A DNA stretch of 52,107 nucleotides from Promethearchaeota archaeon (GTDB taxonomy: Archaea; Asgardarchaeota; Lokiarchaeia; Sigyniarchaeales; SOKP01). The stretch spans positions 1 to 52,107 of the forward strand of contig JBHLME010000012.1 of the NCBI GenBank assembly GCA_048938445.1. The letters are read 5' to 3'. The position numbers and the translations under genes are program-made. Each line of letters begins with the position of its first letter. Within the stretch, counting starts at the first letter, position 1. This document shows positions 48,654 to 52,107 of this stretch, one piece after another. The notes under the pieces were generated by a model. The model ran no database searches and was not told where the DNA came from. It saw only the letters and a list, made by a program, of their open reading frames with translations.

Positions 48654-48944
48654 TTATTTATTTTGATAATAGAGATTTTTTGAGAAATAAGACATTTTTG
48701 AAGCATCATTAGAAATAGGATCTGAATGCTCATGCTTTTTGACAAATAAGAATTTATTTTTCTTTTTTTTTATGCTCCACGATAAAACTTCTTTTATGAT
48801 TCCTTTTTGAACATCCCTACACCATTGAAGCTTACATGATTGCCTACAAAACACCAATTTTGGATTGGTTTGACAAATATTTTCATGAATATGACAATCA
48901 ATTTTACATTTTCTAATTTTTTTCTTACAATAATCACAAATCAT
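48654..48944 (-). CDS. Small zinc-finger protein (TRASH/zf-FCS-like)
   Basis: CDYC...C..H...C...FCRQSC. Confidence 0.6.
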   Translation of the reverse strand: MICDYCKKKIRKCKIDCHIHENICQTNPKLVFCRQSCKLQWCRDVQKGIIKEVLSWSIKKKKNKFLFVKKHEHSDPISNDASKMSYFSKNLYYQNK

Positions 48945-49040
48945 TAGCTAAATATTTCATTGATTATGAAGTTTAATATACAAATTTCTTGAAATTATTT
49001 AAACAAAAAACAAGCTTGATAGAAGCAGACTCAAAAATAT

Positions 49041-49493
49041 TTACAATATAATTCGAACTTCATCTAAAAAATAAGTAACTTTGGTACTCGCGCCACATAT
49101 TTTTCCAATAGCAATAATGAATAATTGCATTAATTTTTCTTTCTCGTTTATCGGTTTAATGAAGTTTCCATCAAATATCAATATAAATTCATTCATTATG
49201 GTTTTCAAAAGCTCTACTATTTTCTTTCTATTTGCAGTTTTCTCGCTTTTTATTACGAATAAAATGCCTTTGACCTTATCTTGAAGTGTAAATATGACAC
49301 TATTGCCTATTTCGACAGAACTAATCTCATCTTCACCCAAACTTCGTGCAAGAGATTTAACTAATGAAAGAAAATCGGATAAAGCTTCAGGATGATAGAT
49401 TTGGGTGTTTTGAACTTTAAATTCTTGAACATAAATAAGCTTGCGTTCGCTATTAAAGATGTATATGTTTTCTAGTCCTTCTATGTTCTTCAT
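49041..49493 (-). CDS. Longin-like domain protein
   Basis: NIYIFNSERKLIY beta-hairpin, helix LSDFLSLVKSLA, ILFVI strand, helix LLKTIMNEF. Confidence 0.65.
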   Translation of the reverse strand: MKNIEGLENIYIFNSERKLIYVQEFKVQNTQIYHPEALSDFLSLVKSLARSLGEDEISSVEIGNSVIFTLQDKVKGILFVIKSEKTANRKKIVELLKTIMNEFILIFDGNFIKPINEKEKLMQLFIIAIGKICGASTKVTYFLDEVRIIL

Positions 49494-49819
49494 GATATAA
49501 TTTATTTAATGATTAAAATAACTATTCAATTATTTAATGCTATAAATTTAGAATTATTTACCTTCTTAATATATTAAGTCTTTAGATCTGATAAATAATC
49601 AATATTTATGAAATCATAATGTTCAATAAAATTAAAAATTTGTTAATATAGGGAGATTAATGTGTTTATTTTTGAAAAAAATGAGACATGTTCGTGGTAT
49701 CCTCTATAACAATTAAAAAAAAGATATCGATTTATATATCATAATTCAGTTTTTACTGTTGTAAAATGATGTTTTTTTAATTTTTAAAAATTCAATGTCT
49801 TTTTCACGGGGTTTTACAC

Positions 49820-50764
49820 ATGGGTCTTTATACTAAGAAAACTCAAAATAATCATAAAAACACGAAGAATGAAGATCTTTTCTTCGAAGAGTATGAAGAA
49901 AGAGCTTGTTGTGTAGAACCCGAAATAGGTGAAGAGGATGGTTATTATGTGTGCATGAATTGTGGTTTTATTCATTCTAAAATTTTTGAAAGCTCTCCAA
50001 GAAGGGCATATACTCCCCAAGATAAAAGAAATCGACAGATTCATGAAGTAGTGCGAACAAATATAGGACCTAGAACTGTCATTAGGGGTAGGAGAGATGC
50101 ATCGGGAGGGTTATTAACATCTGATGTTGCTTCTAAATTTGCACGCTTATCAAAGATCCAAAATTCTATTTTTGATTCTTTTGAAAGAAACTTAAAAATA
50201 GCAGTTCCACTTTTAGAAAATGTTAGAGAAAGATTACATATTCCTAAAGTTGTCGCTAGAAATGCGCTCAACATATATCAATGTGTTGTGAAACAGAAGC
50301 TAACGATTGGTCGCAGTATAGAATCATTATTATCTGCCTCAATGTTTGCTGCCATGCGCATAAATTCGATTCCATTGACAATGGATGAAATATTAGAAAT
50401 TACTAAAATTCCTAAGAAGCAATGTGTCAAGAATTTCAAGTTAATCCAATTAAAAGTATTGCCTAATCTAAACTTCAAAGTCAAGACCCTAGATCCTGAT
50501 ATGTATATTGACAGGTTTGTAAATGATTTAAAATTACCAATGGAATGCAGGAATTACGCGGTAAAATTACTTAATGAGGCAAAAGATAGAGGCTATAACA
50601 TTTCAGGTAAGGATCCTAAAGGATTAGCAGCTGCCTTAATTTATACTGCTTCAAAAGTATGTGGTGAAAAAAGAACCCAACGTGAAATTTGTGATATATC
50701 TCAAATCACCCAATTGACTTTAAGGAAACGTAGGACCGAGTTATCCAAATATATAGTCGTTTAA
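49820..50764 (+). CDS. tfb: Transcription initiation factor IIB (TFB paralog)
   Basis: Zn ribbon CC...CMNCG, ERNL, GRSIE, GKDPKGLAAALIY, TQREI. Confidence 0.93.
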   Translation: MGLYTKKTQNNHKNTKNEDLFFEEYEERACCVEPEIGEEDGYYVCMNCGFIHSKIFESSPRRAYTPQDKRNRQIHEVVRTNIGPRTVIRGRRDASGGLLTSDVASKFARLSKIQNSIFDSFERNLKIAVPLLENVRERLHIPKVVARNALNIYQCVVKQKLTIGRSIESLLSASMFAAMRINSIPLTMDEILEITKIPKKQCVKNFKLIQLKVLPNLNFKVKTLDPDMYIDRFVNDLKLPMECRNYAVKLLNEAKDRGYNISGKDPKGLAAALIYTASKVCGEKRTQREICDISQITQLTLRKRRTELSKYIVV

Positions 50765-50851
50765 ACAGAGAAAAAAATCGAATTCCTAAATTTTAATTGT
50801 TAATATTAATTTTTACAAAAGAGAATCACTAATTCTATCAGTGAATGTTTA

Positions 50852-51865
50852 ATGAAAGAAATATTTCCTGGGATTTTTTTGATAACAGAGAAAGGAGCAT
50901 TTGGAGTAATAAAACCGCCATTAAATATATATATAATTGCAGGAGAACAAGGATTAATTTATGATGCTGGTTATGGTAAAAGAAATGCTGTTAAGTATCT
51001 CATTAAGGAAATTAATAAAATTAAAACAAATTATAATAATCAAAATAAGGACTTTAATCTTGTTCGAATAATTCCTAGTCATGCACATCCAGACCATTTT
51101 TCAGGACTGAAAAAAATTAGAGACAAATTAGATGTTAAAGTGGCGATCACGCAAAAAATGGCTGAAATCGTGAGTGACAAACTTGCTTTTTATAAATCAT
51201 TTGAAGATACTCACGAAGATTATTTCCTGATTCAAAAAAAAAGGAAAAAAGAGAGCATTGGCATTAAATTAAGGAGATTTATTACAAGAACATTCTACAG
51301 GCGCGGTTATGGGGTTGCTTACATCAATAATCCTGATGAAATCATCGAGGAAAACATCGAATTTGTCATAAATAATGATAAATGGAAAGTTTTGCATACA
51401 CCTGGACATTCAATAGATCATATTTCACTTTATAATGAAAAAAAGGGTATATTACTTGCGGGAGACAATATCTTGAGGACTAAAACAACGTGGTTAGGTC
51501 CTCCAGGTAGTAACATTCAAGATTATCTTAATTCCCTTAAAAAAATTCATGAGTTACCAAAACTAGAAATAATTCTTCCTTCTCATGGTAGTCACATTGA
51601 AAATCCTAAAGAAAGAATAGAAGAAATTATATCTCATCGTAATAATAGGACACAACAGGTTTTAGATATGATTAATGAGTTTTCAGATATAGGAATTACA
51701 CTAAAAGATATTATTCGAAATTTATATCCCAAACATTCTCGATTTATGCATAATGTAGCACGTGGATGGGTATGCCTTACATTAAAAATGTTGGAAGATG
51801 AGAAATTAATTAGGAAAGAAATAAGCAGAATTAATAGAGAATATCAATTCTTTCCAATGATGTAG
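50852..51865 (+). CDS. MBL-fold hydrolase with C-terminal winged helix (LACTB2-like)
   Basis: SHAHPDH, TPGHS, AGD, PSHG motifs. Confidence 0.88.
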   Translation: MKEIFPGIFLITEKGAFGVIKPPLNIYIIAGEQGLIYDAGYGKRNAVKYLIKEINKIKTNYNNQNKDFNLVRIIPSHAHPDHFSGLKKIRDKLDVKVAITQKMAEIVSDKLAFYKSFEDTHEDYFLIQKKRKKESIGIKLRRFITRTFYRRGYGVAYINNPDEIIEENIEFVINNDKWKVLHTPGHSIDHISLYNEKKGILLAGDNILRTKTTWLGPPGSNIQDYLNSLKKIHELPKLEIILPSHGSHIENPKERIEEIISHRNNRTQQVLDMINEFSDIGITLKDIIRNLYPKHSRFMHNVARGWVCLTLKMLEDEKLIRKEISRINREYQFFPMM

Positions 51866-52107
51866 TTATATTTTATAACAATAATTTTATTTCTAATTTT
51901 AAAATTCTTAGGAAATCTAAAATTTCCCTTAAAAGAATAAGATATAGAATTAAATTTGTAATACGCTTTAATATCTTGGATGCATTACCATATAACATTT
52001 TTTTTTTCATGACTATGATATTACTTCTTTTTAATCATAGTCATTTTTTTTTTAAAATAGATTAAAAAATCTAAAGGGATATAGTATTTTAAATAATTTA
52101 TTCTAGA

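Noticed and set aside
923-50484. Numerous short ORFs overlapping longer genes (e.g. 923-1117, 1836-2117, 4952-5323, 6366-6746, 14055-14330, 18735-19016, 27765-28043, 36585-36794, 40666-40920, 49814-50484)
   Set aside because: Antisense or out-of-frame shadows of well-supported genes, with no recognisable motifs

Overview
AT-rich archaeal chromosome segment, most consistent with an Asgard archaeon of the Lokiarchaeia/Promethearchaeota type. The assignment is an inference from gene content: archaeal GluRS, histone, TFB, SRP19, S8e, proteasome beta, BHB-intron tRNAs, a Loki-CTERM-like sorting signal, and longin-, DENN- and V4R-like proteins. The window holds about 48 CDS, mostly housekeeping, metabolic or lineage-specific membrane proteins, plus two tRNAs (Arg-GCG, Pro-GGG) with introns at non-canonical positions. 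Highlights: (1) a stand-alone kinase with PI3K/PI4K-like (also LanM-like) motifs downstream of a small unannotated charged peptide; (2) a soluble LRR-TIR receptor-like protein next to a secreted (Gln-Asp)n protein; (3) two tandem endonuclease VII/HNH genes beside a 1.47 kb non-coding region containing a candidate multi-hairpin RNA behind a promoter-like TATA; (4) a higher-GC secreted vWA gene with a duplicated promoter module, flanked by a diverged copy of the 3' end of the neighbouring PaaI gene (insertion scar). No rRNA, CRISPR array, transposase or integrase was seen. All family calls come from motif recognition by eye, not database searches.
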